A DNA stretch of 32,000 bases from Methanopyrus kandleri AV19 (GCF_000007185.1 NC_003551.1:1080001-1112000); one strand, 5' to 3'. Positions 1 to 10,496 are shown, counted from the stretch's first letter. A program made the numbers and translations. Notes: a model not told the origin generated them from the letters alone.

Positions 1-369
1 CGTTTACCGTTCCACCGAACAGTGCGGTCTCTATCCGGCGTACCTCTCCTCGCTCCAAACACCGCCCCAGAAGCGCCCGGAGATGCCGACGCAGGTCTTC
101 CCGGAGGTCGACCACGACCGACTCGCCAGTACGGGATGTGACGGGGCTGACGGCCCGTAGCCGGACGGTTTCCGTCCCTGACAACCCCCGTCACCCGATG
201 TGACGTTCCTGAAAGTAAAGGTCCCGGGACGTGGAACTGGTCTCGACCGGGTAGTATGCCGAACGCTCCTTAGCTCTTACCCTCCGCGGGCTCATGAGAG
301 GGCGTGGGGGGTAACGCCTCCGCTAACCTCTGTGACTCACGGTGGTCCTCGTAGGACTCCCTCGCCTTC

Positions 370-1089
370 TCAGCCCGTGAACGTTTCCATGATGCCCTTT
401 CGGTACCGAGTCACGAGCTCCAAGAGACCGACGTCGAACCTCCCGGCCAGCTTGCATTCCTCGGTCGGGAAGAAGATCCTGACCTTGCAGGTCACGTACC
501 GCAGATTCCTGAACGTCCGTGCTTCGGGTTTCAGTCCAGCGCGCTCGATATCCTTGCTCGTGATGGCCAGCTCGTTCTCCTCGGCCACCTCGACCAGCTT
601 CATCGGTGTCCTGGCTCCGGCGAGTAGATGGTCGGGGACGCTCCTGACGAGGTAGTACGCGAGCCCGTACGTGGCGATGGGCCCGACGAGAGTCGGCACG
701 TACATGATCCCGCCGATCCTGATCGCGTATCTGGCCCGTCCCGCGCTCTTCCTGAAGTGCCCCTGTAGGAGCTGCCGCCTCGCCCGTTCACCCGGTGTGG
801 TGAGCCAATCGTCCGGTAGTTGCTCGACGAACTCCCTGAACTCTCCCCTGGCTATCACCGGTTCCATTCCCCTGAACACACCGTGCTTGCACCATTTTTT
901 CGCCCACGTCGTCGGTGGCTTGTTCTTCAAGTCCCTGAGCCGTACGACTTCTCCGAGCGCGTTCCTGAACGCTACTTCGGCTATGCCCCACTGGCGTCTG
1001 TCGCGGGCCTCGACTAGGATCCTGAACGCCCAGCCGGCCAGCTCCGGCCGTTCCCCCGCCACCTTCTCCGCGAGTTCGGCAAGCTCCAT
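370..1089 (-). CDS. hypothetical protein (orphan), divergent from the next gene
   Basis: 239-aa ORF starting ATG, composition typical of the other genes here, overlapping ORFs on the other strand look spurious. Confidence 0.65.
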   Translation of the reverse strand: MELAELAEKVAGERPELAGWAFRILVEARDRRQWGIAEVAFRNALGEVVRLRDLKNKPPTTWAKKWCKHGVFRGMEPVIARGEFREFVEQLPDDWLTTPGERARRQLLQGHFRKSAGRARYAIRIGGIMYVPTLVGPIATYGLAYYLVRSVPDHLLAGARTPMKLVEVAEENELAITSKDIERAGLKPEARTFRNLRYVTCKVRIFFPTEECKLAGRFDVGLLELVTRYRKGIMETFTG

Positions 1090-1109
1090 CGTAGCTCCCT
1101 CGTGAACGA

Positions 1110-2513
1110 TTGAGTGGATCCTCGGTGTACGGCCGCCCGGCGTCGATCGGAACCCTGATCACCCGAGTCGGCGAATACTGTTTCGGGGCGGGTGAGATGC
1201 TGCTGTTCTCAACCGCGATCCCGGCGGAAGTTAAGAGAGGACTCGGGGAGGCCGGGCTGCGATTCGGTACCGTCTTCGAGGTTGTCGGAGGTCTGGTCTT
1301 GCCGTACATCGCCGAGTTTAGCGAGGAATATCACGTGGTCGAAGGCTTGGCCCGGATCGATAAGGAGAAGGTGCGCAGTCAGGGGGCCGTGACCCCCGCG
1401 CTGGGAATCCCCCGAAAGAAGGTCCGAAATTACCCGCTGGAGCTCGCCCAGGTCACACTCAAGGTCAGGGATGTTCTGACCTACAAGGCGGCGGCCGCAT
1501 ACTTCGCGTGGATCGCGAGGGAGTTCGACGTCTCCGTGGCGTCGGCAGTCAGGGCGATCCTCGAGGATAGTGAGTTTCTCGAGGCCCTTGTCGAGATCCT
1601 ATGTCCGGTGAACCCGAAGGCGGCTGAGGTGCTCGCCGGGTTCCGGGGGAGGATGTGGAGAGATGAGGCTAGGTGGTTGAAGTTCGAGGAGATGGCCCGG
1701 AAGGCGCTTGAGCTCGCGGAGGAGCTCGGAGATAACAGGCTCCGAACCGCGGCCGAACTGATTCTGCGGGGCAAATCGAGCGGTCCTACGGTACCCGGCG
1801 CTCGTGGCGATCACGACGGCGTCTACGTCTACGACATCGGCAAGGTCCGCAATTTCCTCGTCGAACGGATGCTCAAGTACGGCGAAAGCTCGAGGAAGCA
1901 GCCTGACGAGGAGATCATTGAGGCACTGGTGACGGAGTACGGAGTGGACTTCGAGGACGTACACTACGCGATCGCCGTTCTCAGCGAAGGTAGGATCCCC
2001 GCAGGGCCGCTCCGTACCGACGCCAGGGTACTGCTGGACAACGTCGCCGGGTTTCCGGGGAAGGTGGAGCGTGACGTGCCGGCGCCTTGGATGAGGAAGT
2101 CGTACGGGGCCTGGTTCTCGGACCTACGTCGCCTCGTACCCGTGACCGAGGAGAATTTCAACGATGTGATGCGGGCTAAGGGGTACGGGATATCCCTCGA
2201 GGATGTCGAGGAGGACTCGGAGTGGTACCTCGGGAAGACCGTGGGTAAGGTCCTACTCGGAGAGGATGCGAAAGTGCCACCGGAGGCCAGGGAGATCACA
2301 CAGACCGAGAACGTCAAGTTCGTGAACGCGGCGCTGAGGCCTAGACACGCGTTGAGTCGAGAGGAGGTGGAAGAGATCCGGGAGGTGCTGGGGAGTGTGG
2401 AGACCGACGTTCCAGTACCGATAGAGGGTATCGTGGTGGAAAAGGCGTTGACGGAGTTCGGGAAGCTCCCCATGCCGGAAGATATCTCCGCTGCCATCTC
2501 CCGTGGGGATTAG
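1110..2513 (+). CDS. hypothetical protein (orphan, 467 aa)
   Basis: Long ORF with acidic, archaeal-like composition; likely TTG start at 1110; no family recognised. Confidence 0.8.
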   Translation: MSGSSVYGRPASIGTLITRVGEYCFGAGEMLLFSTAIPAEVKRGLGEAGLRFGTVFEVVGGLVLPYIAEFSEEYHVVEGLARIDKEKVRSQGAVTPALGIPRKKVRNYPLELAQVTLKVRDVLTYKAAAAYFAWIAREFDVSVASAVRAILEDSEFLEALVEILCPVNPKAAEVLAGFRGRMWRDEARWLKFEEMARKALELAEELGDNRLRTAAELILRGKSSGPTVPGARGDHDGVYVYDIGKVRNFLVERMLKYGESSRKQPDEEIIEALVTEYGVDFEDVHYAIAVLSEGRIPAGPLRTDARVLLDNVAGFPGKVERDVPAPWMRKSYGAWFSDLRRLVPVTEENFNDVMRAKGYGISLEDVEEDSEWYLGKTVGKVLLGEDAKVPPEAREITQTENVKFVNAALRPRHALSREEVEEIREVLGSVETDVPVPIEGIVVEKALTEFGKLPMPEDISAAISRGD

Positions 2514-2634
2514 AGACTCCGGTGACATCACACGAGGTCCCTCAAAACGTTTCGGATATTGTGACGATTCGAGCGTCGGAGGGTTCGGATGGTGAGGAAC
2601 GTCGGGCTACGTACGATCTTATATCATGAGCGAG

Positions 2635-4164
2635 CTAGCGACAGAACGGGTGTGACGGGCCCTCCCTGGAGCAGCGATGTCTCCGACCGAAGGGATTACG
2701 TCGCTTCCACCAGAGTGGGGCAGGCAGCACCGGCAGCCCACGTTTCGATTTCTGCTTTTTCAGCCCCTGAAACTCCCGTTCGAGTGACTCGAGCCGACGT
2801 TCGAGATCCTGTTGTCTCCGCGAGAGGTCCTCGAGACCCTGTTCCAGCCGATTGATCTCCCGCTCGAGCGATTCGACCCGACTCTGCTGTACCATCGAAC
2901 CCACCAGCTCGGCGTGCAGTGTCAGTATCTCCCGGTAGACAGTGCTGAGGGCTTTCCGCTCTTCGAGGAGGGACCAACGGGCCGAGCTCGGGTCCCAGTA
3001 CTCCAGAACGTTCTCGAGAAGTGCTTCGTTCCAAACCCGCTCCACGGCACGGTACAGGTCCTTTCGGATGGAATCATCGATGACACCGTTCACGGTGAGG
3101 TCCCAGAGGGCGGAGTCTAAGGCCCGCCACCGTGACATCGTGTCCAGCCACTCCCGCACGATCTTCGACTTGTCCGGGTACAGGTCGATGAGCTCCCACC
3201 AATGGTGGTAATCGGCCGCGTGTAAGATGCTGGAGTAATCGGGCTCCGGTAGTGCGACGAGCCCCAGATTGGTTCCCCCTGAGGATATCATGTTAACTAC
3301 CTCGCGAGGGTCGCTGAGTTCGAACGTTACCGTGACTCCCTGGTACTCGAAGTCGAAGGATCCATTCCCGACCTCCGAAAGGAAGTTCTCGAACTCCTGC
3401 CGGACGTCGGCGTCCGCGAGTTCCCATGGATGGATGAGTACCCATGGGGCAAGGTGTACGTCGCCGGTGACGTTTATGACACCGCTATCTATGAGGTTTC
3501 TCACGGCGTTCTGGAGGAGCTCTCGAACCGTCGTCCCACGATCCTCGGCCGCTTGCACCAGGTCCGAGACGTAGCTCAAGGCGGGTATGTAGTACAGTCG
3601 GTCCCCACGGACGTTGAAATACCCCACTAGCATATGTCTGGCTATGGGATCCAGTCGGTCCCATGTTGGATCGTAATCGGGATTGATCGCCGTGATGTCG
3701 GTGCCACAGACTATCACCCGCACCCCGAGTTTATCGCAGGCGTACAGGGTGTTGGCGTCGAACACCCACGAAGGGACGGATAGGACCTGGGCGACGTTGC
3801 TCCCCACTCGGTCCCTGAGGAATTGCAGGTTGAACTCGAGCTCCCAGTACTGAAGGCTGAGGGGAAGACCCCCTAAGGCGTGGGATGTCGAGTGTAGTCC
3901 GACCAGACTGATCGTGCCCCGCTCGGCGTACTCTCGGATCAAGTCCGTGATACCCGGCGCCGTCTCCTCACAGACGTTGTAGTGGAATACTGCGACTTTG
4001 ATGCCACGCTCTTCGCACCATGAGAGGAACTCCTTCAGTGCGGCGACGTGGTCCTGGGACCACGCGTCACTATCGAGGTAGGGGACTACGTGCACGTATA
4101 CGGTCGCGGCGGAAGCCGAAGGTGGCAGCGGCAGGATACCAATCAACACCAACGAAAGTAGCAC
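2635..4164 (-). CDS. exported NodB-like/divergent polysaccharide deacetylase-type protein with C-terminal coiled coil
   Basis: Signal peptide MLLSLVLIGILPLPPSASA; DSDAWS and HSTSH motifs (metal-site-like); heptad-rich ESLEREINRLEQGLEDLSRRQQDLERRLESLEREF; paralogous to 8392..10149. Confidence 0.75.
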   Translation of the reverse strand: MLLSLVLIGILPLPPSASAATVYVHVVPYLDSDAWSQDHVAALKEFLSWCEERGIKVAVFHYNVCEETAPGITDLIREYAERGTISLVGLHSTSHALGGLPLSLQYWELEFNLQFLRDRVGSNVAQVLSVPSWVFDANTLYACDKLGVRVIVCGTDITAINPDYDPTWDRLDPIARHMLVGYFNVRGDRLYYIPALSYVSDLVQAAEDRGTTVRELLQNAVRNLIDSGVINVTGDVHLAPWVLIHPWELADADVRQEFENFLSEVGNGSFDFEYQGVTVTFELSDPREVVNMISSGGTNLGLVALPEPDYSSILHAADYHHWWELIDLYPDKSKIVREWLDTMSRWRALDSALWDLTVNGVIDDSIRKDLYRAVERVWNEALLENVLEYWDPSSARWSLLEERKALSTVYREILTLHAELVGSMVQQSRVESLEREINRLEQGLEDLSRRQQDLERRLESLEREFQGLKKQKSKRGLPVLPAPLWWKRRNPFGRRHRCSREGPSHPFCR

Positions 4165-4373
4165 CGCCGGACCCCCGGTGCATATCCCGGGCTTGGAGTT
4201 AGCATATGTGGTCTAAAGTTGGGTTCTATGTAGATTTTGTGGGGTTATAGGTTCTGTGATGTTTCCCCAAACCGCACAACTCACCGTTCGAGTTTAAAAA
4301 GTATGGAGGCGTTGGGGGATCGCGGCGGCCTCTTCACGCCCTACGTGACGGGAGGCCCGGACCACGCGAGGTT

Positions 4374-5003
4374 TCACCCACACCTGCGTACGCACGACAC
4401 CAGCGCAGGCAGCAGGAAAGCCGGTCGAAACCTCCGATCCCAGTCGTGTGCGGCCCAGTCAGTGTACTCGTAGTAAGTCGTACCCTCGATCCAGCGTACG
4501 CTCACGATCGACTCGCGGGCGGTTTCGAAGGGGATTTCGAGGACGACGGGGCCCCTGTACCGGCGGATCCGGACGCACCCACCGAGGAGTACGTGCGCGC
4601 CCTCGGGTAGGGGGCCGCCCTCCAGGAAGGTCGAGCCCTCGGTTACCGGAATTCCCTCCGGATCGGGTACCAACAGGAGTACTTCCGCGGACTTCGGGCA
4701 CTGAACGTGGAGGAGCCCTCCGCTCCACCGAACTCGAACATCGTCGAGCCGTCGGAGGGATCCGAAGCGGGTACTGGTTTCCTCCATCGTCTCCCGCCAA
4801 CGATCACCCTCGCGGACGAACACTGCCCCCTCATCCAGTTCGGGCGTGGTGAGGACGACCCTCGTGACGTCCCACTGGGTGCCGACGACCGTGTGCACGT
4901 CTGGGGTGAGGTACATCGAGCCACCGTCGACGAGTCCTGCGACCGGAGAGAGTACGGTCAGGAGGAATGTGAGTAGTTCGTGCAATTCGACCCTTCCCTT
5001 CAC
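4374..5003 (-). CDS. predicted exported hypothetical protein
   Basis: ORF given as 4374..5123; an internal GTG at 5001-5003 gives MKGRVELHELLTFLLTVLSPVAGLVDGG, a more plausible signal-peptide N-terminus. Confidence 0.6.
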   Translation of the reverse strand: MKGRVELHELLTFLLTVLSPVAGLVDGGSMYLTPDVHTVVGTQWDVTRVVLTTPELDEGAVFVREGDRWRETMEETSTRFGSLRRLDDVRVRWSGGLLHVQCPKSAEVLLLVPDPEGIPVTEGSTFLEGGPLPEGAHVLLGGCVRIRRYRGPVVLEIPFETARESIVSVRWIEGTTYYEYTDWAAHDWDRRFRPAFLLPALVSCVRRCG

Positions 5004-5322
5004 CGGATTCCAGGAGTTGGTGGATCGGGATCGTACCCACCGGGCTTTCTCACGCGCTCTCGACGGTTCACACGGGTTCCTGGCGGTCGAATTCGGAACG
5101 CGTTCGTCGACATCCATCGGCATCGGATCTCGGGAACGTCCCTCGAGACCGGTCGTAACGGCAGCTCGGAGATCGAGGATGACAACGGGTTCGACCCTCG
5201 GGACGTGCGGGTTACCGTGGGTGTAACCGGTGGGATCTACGTCTGCGATGCGAAGGACGGTCCGACAGTCCGCATGCCCTGTCCGAAAGGTTACGATCCT
5301 TGTAACATTTCCTGGAAAGAAG

Positions 5323-6447
5323 TCAGGGCGAGAGTCCTTTGCGGCATAGTAACAGGCCGGTCGTGGCCGCTAGCACCGCCAGGATCGGTAGCAGCGGTGG
5401 TGTTCCGGTGGAGTGCTCCCCGACGCACACGCCGGAGGTTCCCGTCCTTACCGGCCTTCCGGTAGCTCCGCCGACCGAACTCCCGGCCGATACACGCGTC
5501 GTTGGACCTCCCTTGACCGCGGCGAAGTGGGCCTCGATGGTCTCGGAGGGTGTCGACTCGGTGATTGTCGTGATTGTCGGCGTCTCTTCACCGCCGGAGG
5601 GTGATTCGATGACCTCCTGTTGGGTTTCCCGTTGAGCCTCGGACGTTTCCTGCGGGGACCCAGGGTTCACCGACTGAACCGTCGATCCTGTGGGTCCGGG
5701 TGAGAAGGTCCCCTCCGCGTGCGAGGTCAGGTACTGGGTCGTCAGGTACGCGATCAGCGGCAGTGCCAGCACGGCCGTCGGTAGTAACTTCGGCAGTAGT
5801 TCGGTCAGCGACGATCCCGACTCAGTGGGCCACAGCGCATCCCAGATCTTGAGCTGAGCGTCCCATGAGAAGTACCTTGTCCACTCGACGTTGGAGTCCA
5901 GGATCCGTACCGCTCGGCGGACAGTGGTCGGCGTTATCCTGACGTACTTGACCCACTCCGGCTCGCACACTCCCGTCGCCAGGACCTGCTCGATCTTGTC
6001 CGGCTTCACCGCGATCGCGAGCTTGGACGATAGTCCCTCCCAGGTGGGCACCACGAGGGACTCCGGGCCGTTCCATCCCGGCACGGCCGATCCGGGACTC
6101 AGGCAGTATCCGATGGTGTCGACGGGTCGCGTGACCGTCAGCGTGTCGCCCTCTACTCGGACACCGTCCTTCGGGAGCGGTACCAGCAGTGGCTGCTCCT
6201 CGTAGGTCTCGCCGCTCGATTTCGCGTCCCCCTCGGTGATCATCACTACGTACACGGCGTGCTCACCCACGACCACCGGATGTTCTTTCAGGTCCAGCGT
6301 CGCACCTTCCTCTGCCACGACGTGGACCCTGAGGTTCTCGAGCATCTCCTCGGGAGTAGCGCCGTTGGTGGTCGCTTTGCCCGTGATGGCGCTTGCCGAG
6401 TTCGCGACCATCGCAACTGCTACTATCGCCATCACGAGGACTCGCAT
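5323..6447 (-). CDS. exported surface protein with Ser/Thr/Glu-rich stalk and C-terminal hydrophobic segment
   Basis: N-terminal signal MRVLVMAIVAVAMVANSASA; internal hydrophobic segment LLPTAVLALPLIAYLTTQYL; C-terminal PPLLPILAVLAATTGLLLCRKG. Confidence 0.75.
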   Translation of the reverse strand: MRVLVMAIVAVAMVANSASAITGKATTNGATPEEMLENLRVHVVAEEGATLDLKEHPVVVGEHAVYVVMITEGDAKSSGETYEEQPLLVPLPKDGVRVEGDTLTVTRPVDTIGYCLSPGSAVPGWNGPESLVVPTWEGLSSKLAIAVKPDKIEQVLATGVCEPEWVKYVRITPTTVRRAVRILDSNVEWTRYFSWDAQLKIWDALWPTESGSSLTELLPKLLPTAVLALPLIAYLTTQYLTSHAEGTFSPGPTGSTVQSVNPGSPQETSEAQRETQQEVIESPSGGEETPTITTITESTPSETIEAHFAAVKGGPTTRVSAGSSVGGATGRPVRTGTSGVCVGEHSTGTPPLLPILAVLAATTGLLLCRKGLSP

Positions 6448-6529
6448 TCCGGGTTTTCACCCCCTCCGTCGCCGTCCGGCTCGACGCCTCCATCGGGTCG
6501 AAAGAAGTCGGAGACGTGAAGGAGAAGCG

Positions 6530-8467
6530 TTAGCGGCGACGACGGCGTACGATCGGGATCACCGGTAAGATCGGAGCGTGACCGGTACCCTCCCGTAAGT
6601 GCGGCTTCTCCGCGCCGCCCAAGATCACGAATTTCTTGGGAAACAGCCGCCCCCGCTCGTCCACGGTCAGGTACACCTTCCTACCGTTCTGCAACGTGAC
6701 CTCGAGGGTGGTCGGGGTCACACGGTTCACGGACTTGACATTGAGGGGGAGCTTCACGGTACGGACGGTCCCGTCCTCGGTAGTCACTCGGAGGGTTCCG
6801 TCCTCGAACACGTCGATCAGGAACGACCTCCCGGCCGTGGTCAGTTCTACGGTGGCTATCCGGGCTTCCATTTCGGCCGACGTCGGTCGGCCCCGCTGTA
6901 GGGCGCTTTGTGTTTCCTCCAACCGTTCCCGTTCCTCGCTTCTCCCTCCGGTCCTTCCTCCGCTCCCCTTCTCCTCCACCACGTTCTCCTCAGCTCTCCC
7001 CTGGAGCTTCTCGGGCGGGAATACCCGGTCAGACGATGATGACTCGGTAGTGGGTTGGGTCGTCGGTCTACCCTCACGCTGCTCCTGGAGCCGGTTCGCC
7101 GACCGGATCGTCTGACCCCGCTGCTCCTCGGTAGCGGATCGCGCGCCGGACTGGGTATGGAATTCGCCCTCGGTCCTACCCTCCGCGCTCGACTGCGGGG
7201 AGTGGGGTTGATACCGTGGGAGCTTGACGGTCACGTCCGTCCCGGCGGTCGCGCTGAACGACGTGCCGGTGTCCGCATCCCGACAGTGTACGGTCACGAG
7301 AACCCTGTACGTGCCCTCTCGGCCCACCTCGAACGTTACCGACCCGCTCGGATCCGCGAGTGTTTTCCTGCCTACCACGTTACCACTCTCGTCGCAGAGG
7401 AAGATTTCCACACTGTCAACCTCGGCGCGGTCGACGTTCACGCGGTACTCGACACTCAGCGTCGCGCTTTCCGGCGTGGGTCGTGCGTCCACGTCCACCC
7501 TGACACTCGGTAAGACAACTGCTACCGCATCGGTGGTTAGCTTCGACACAACGGATTCCGTCACCGAGTCTATTGAACACTGTAGTGTCATGACGGCGTA
7601 GTACGAGCCACTTCTAGTTACCGTGAACGTTACTGAACCCGTCTTAGGCGGATTATTGACGACTTTCCGATCCATGAGATTGCCGTTCTCATCGTAGAGT
7701 GCTATCTCAAGTAGCTCCGGAGTGCAAGCTGTTGTATTTATCTCGTAGTAGGCACTCAGTACCGCGTTCTTAGGCGTCTTCTTAACAAGAGATAACGCAC
7801 CGTTCACACTCGCCCGCGGTATCTGAACGGTCACGCCGGTTTCGGTAGTGGTGCTGAACTGTGTACCGGTGTCGGCGTCCCGGCAACGTGCGGTTATAAG
7901 GACCTTATACGTACCGTCTTTATCCACATCGAACGTTACCGAGCCGCTCAGGTCCGAGACTTCCTTCTTCCCTACCACATAGCCATCCTCGTCGTACAGG
8001 ACCACCTCGACACCGTCCACCTCAGCGTGACTGGCGTCAACGTCGTAATCCACCCTCAACGTCGCGCCTTCCGGTCCGGGTTGCACGTCCGTGCTTGCCC
8101 GTATACGAACGCTCGGCAGTACGATCTCCATCACATCGGTGCTCAGCTCCGAGGCCACGGATTCGGTCGTCAGACCGCTCGAGCACTGCAGTACTAGGAC
8201 GGCGCGGTACGAGCCACTTCCCGTCACCTTGAACCTCACCGAGCCGGTCTCGGGCGGATCCTCGATCGTCTCCTGGCTCACGATCTCACCACTCTGATCG
8301 TAGAGGGTGATCACGAGCCGTTCCGGAGTGCAGGCTACCGTGTGCGTCTCGTACCGGACCTCCAGTGTGGCGCCTTCCGGAGTCTTCTCGATTAGGGATA
8401 GCGTGCCGCTGACACTCGCTCGCGGTACCGGATCGGAAGGCTCAGGTCGATCTGGAATTGGTCCCAT
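6530..8467 (-). CDS. protein with duplicated two-domain beta-rich (Ig-like) modules, hydrophilic linker and basic C-terminus
   Basis: 645-aa ORF with A-B-A-B internal repeat (PRASVxGxLSLxxKTP... and ...CRDADTGTxFS...); no signal peptide; overlaps the upstream hydrolase ORF by 76 nt. Confidence 0.8.
   Translation of the reverse strand: MGPIPDRPEPSDPVPRASVSGTLSLIEKTPEGATLEVRYETHTVACTPERLVITLYDQSGEIVSQETIEDPPETGSVRFKVTGSGSYRAVLVLQCSSGLTTESVASELSTDVMEIVLPSVRIRASTDVQPGPEGATLRVDYDVDASHAEVDGVEVVLYDEDGYVVGKKEVSDLSGSVTFDVDKDGTYKVLITARCRDADTGTQFSTTTETGVTVQIPRASVNGALSLVKKTPKNAVLSAYYEINTTACTPELLEIALYDENGNLMDRKVVNNPPKTGSVTFTVTRSGSYYAVMTLQCSIDSVTESVVSKLTTDAVAVVLPSVRVDVDARPTPESATLSVEYRVNVDRAEVDSVEIFLCDESGNVVGRKTLADPSGSVTFEVGREGTYRVLVTVHCRDADTGTSFSATAGTDVTVKLPRYQPHSPQSSAEGRTEGEFHTQSGARSATEEQRGQTIRSANRLQEQREGRPTTQPTTESSSSDRVFPPEKLQGRAEENVVEEKGSGGRTGGRSEERERLEETQSALQRGRPTSAEMEARIATVELTTAGRSFLIDVFEDGTLRVTTEDGTVRTVKLPLNVKSVNRVTPTTLEVTLQNGRKVYLTVDERGRLFPKKFVILGGAEKPHLREGTGHAPILPVIPIVRRRRR
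7215..8425 (-). repeat. intragenic tandem duplication of a ~200-aa two-domain unit (approximate boundaries)
   Basis: Unit 1 (~8425-7820): PRASVSGTLSLIEKTPEGATLEVRYE...RCRDADTGTQFSTT; unit 2 (~7820-7215): PRASVNGALSLVKKTPKNAVLSAYYE...HCRDADTGTSFSAT. Confidence 0.85.
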
Positions 8468-10149
8468 AGTCGTCCCTGCACGTTTCCACTCAACACAACG
8501 TACACGGTGTCCGCTCGTCGGTCCTTCGGGAGGCTGATCGTGACACCGCTCGCGAGCTCGTCCAGCGTGAACGGGACCTCCGCGATCACATCCCCATTCT
8601 CGTCCTCGACGACGATCCTCCCGCCGGTGATATCGCTCAACCCGACGGAGGTGAACTCACCTCTCACCACGAGATCCGTCGGGTCGGCGCGGTCCAGCGT
8701 CACTTTCCCACGTACGACCCCGGGGGATGGACACCACCAGTTCCGGTCCAGGAACACGGCGGCTATCCCACCGTCGGAGTACTGGAACACCAGGACCCTG
8801 TGGTTATCATCCGCCGAAGTCGTGAGGAGCGAAGCCGAACCGTCGAGGTAGTCGCGTAGCAGCTCCAGTTCGGCCTTCCAGACCTCCAGGTACTGGATGA
8901 TCCCCTCGCTCTCGCACATGCAGCTCAGCTGAGCCTCGTTGACGGTCCTGAGCACGACGTCACGGACCAGCGGGTCCAGCTCGGTTCTCTTCAGCCTTTG
9001 CAGCCGCGGAGCGATCGACTTCAGTACGTCCATACCTTCCCGCCATAGTTTCACGATCTCCGGGTATTTTTTCTCCAACTCCTCCACCGTGCGCAGATCA
9101 CTCGCGTGCACCATGCTAGTCCAGTCTAAGTCGCTGATCGTGACATCGGGATGCCCGTAGGCGTCCGGGTTTTCCGCGATTTCACGCACTAGCTCGAGGC
9201 ACTCGGAAGGTCTTTCCAGCTCGAAATGCACTGGGATTACGCCGTACAAGGTGAAGTCGAGGCTCCCGCTCTTAACCCATCTGATGAACTCCTCGATCAG
9301 ATCGAGGCCGGTCCTGCCCGTGCTTCCCATCTCCTCGACCAGCTGCCACGGGTGGATCAGTACCCACAGTACGAGGTCCGCTTTTCCGTCGTTGTTCCCT
9401 TTGATCGCGCCCACGTTGAGCAACGTCTCAACGGCCCGTCGGAACGCCCCCTTAAGGCTCTCGAGGCCGTAGGGGCCTATGTCCTGCTCAACGTCGTCCA
9501 CGAGCTCTCCGAAATCGATCACCGGGCAGACGTACACCACGTCTCCATCGATGTCCAACTTCTTGACGATGAGCACGTCCGCGAGGTAGTCCATATCTTC
9601 GCCCTGCCACGAGACTACTTTCTCCGGGTTGAACTCCCAAGTCCGGTACCCGGAAACGATCCACTTGATCCCGAGTTCGCGGCAGACGTGCACGAAGTTC
9701 TCGTCGATGACCCACTCGATGGACGGTGAGACCACGTCCTTACGGAGGCCCGGCTCTAGGTTCTGTTCTTTGAAGAACTCCCACGAGTACTCGATCTGCA
9801 ATCGCTCGATCTCTGGTGGGAGTCCGGCAATAGAGTGAGCGGTACCGTGGGATCCGACGAATTCGACGGATTTGCCCAGGTGTTCCCGGATTACGGCCGT
9901 GATCCCGGGCGCTTCGAACTCACATTCCGGATAGTGAAACACCGCCACCTTCACGCCGTTCTCCTCACACCAAGTCAGGAAATCCTCGTAAGCCTTGACT
10001 TGATCCTCACTGTACGCGTCGCTATCGTTGTACACCGTAATATGAACTGTAATTGACTGAGGTAAGGTCATTGTTAACAAAGCTGCATGAGTTGGAGCTG
10101 CTAATGTTAACAGGAGAGCCACAAGAACGACAATGGAAGATCGCGTCAT
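8392..10149 (-). CDS. exported NodB-like/divergent polysaccharide deacetylase-type protein
   Basis: Signal peptide MTRSSIVVLVALLLTLAAPTHA; FLTWCEENGVKVAVFHYPECEFEAPGIT parallels FLSWCEERGIKVAVFHYNVCEETAPGIT of 2635..4164; DSDAYS and HGTAH motifs. Confidence 0.75.
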   Translation of the reverse strand: MTRSSIVVLVALLLTLAAPTHAALLTMTLPQSITVHITVYNDSDAYSEDQVKAYEDFLTWCEENGVKVAVFHYPECEFEAPGITAVIREHLGKSVEFVGSHGTAHSIAGLPPEIERLQIEYSWEFFKEQNLEPGLRKDVVSPSIEWVIDENFVHVCRELGIKWIVSGYRTWEFNPEKVVSWQGEDMDYLADVLIVKKLDIDGDVVYVCPVIDFGELVDDVEQDIGPYGLESLKGAFRRAVETLLNVGAIKGNNDGKADLVLWVLIHPWQLVEEMGSTGRTGLDLIEEFIRWVKSGSLDFTLYGVIPVHFELERPSECLELVREIAENPDAYGHPDVTISDLDWTSMVHASDLRTVEELEKKYPEIVKLWREGMDVLKSIAPRLQRLKRTELDPLVRDVVLRTVNEAQLSCMCESEGIIQYLEVWKAELELLRDYLDGSASLLTTSADDNHRVLVFQYSDGGIAAVFLDRNWWCPSPGVVRGKVTLDRADPTDLVVRGEFTSVGLSDITGGRIVVEDENGDVIAEVPFTLDELASGVTISLPKDRRADTVYVVLSGNVQGRLWDQFQIDLSLPIRYRERVSAARYP

Positions 10150-10496
10150 CGTCTCGGTTCCCCTAAGTTGGTGTTTGGTAACAATATCACGATGTCGCGT
10201 TGTATGTCGTTGTCCATGACCTCAAATGCTCGTAGTTGGTAATAAACTTTCCCCAAAGTACCCGCGCCACTGTGCTGGAAGTAGATCTGCAACGGTCGCG
10301 TGCCACGACGCGTACGACGGTCTCTCGGGGGCGTCGGTCTCGGTATCTTCACATCCTTCGTGCATCCACATCCCGACAGACGTGTAATTTAAGTGTTGGT
10401 AGAGCCTCGCAGTGTAGGAACGTGGTTTATGGGATGAGACTCTTCGAGGGGCCTCTGGAGGGTCTCCGGATGATTTCCCCGTAAGTCGTAGCAAGT

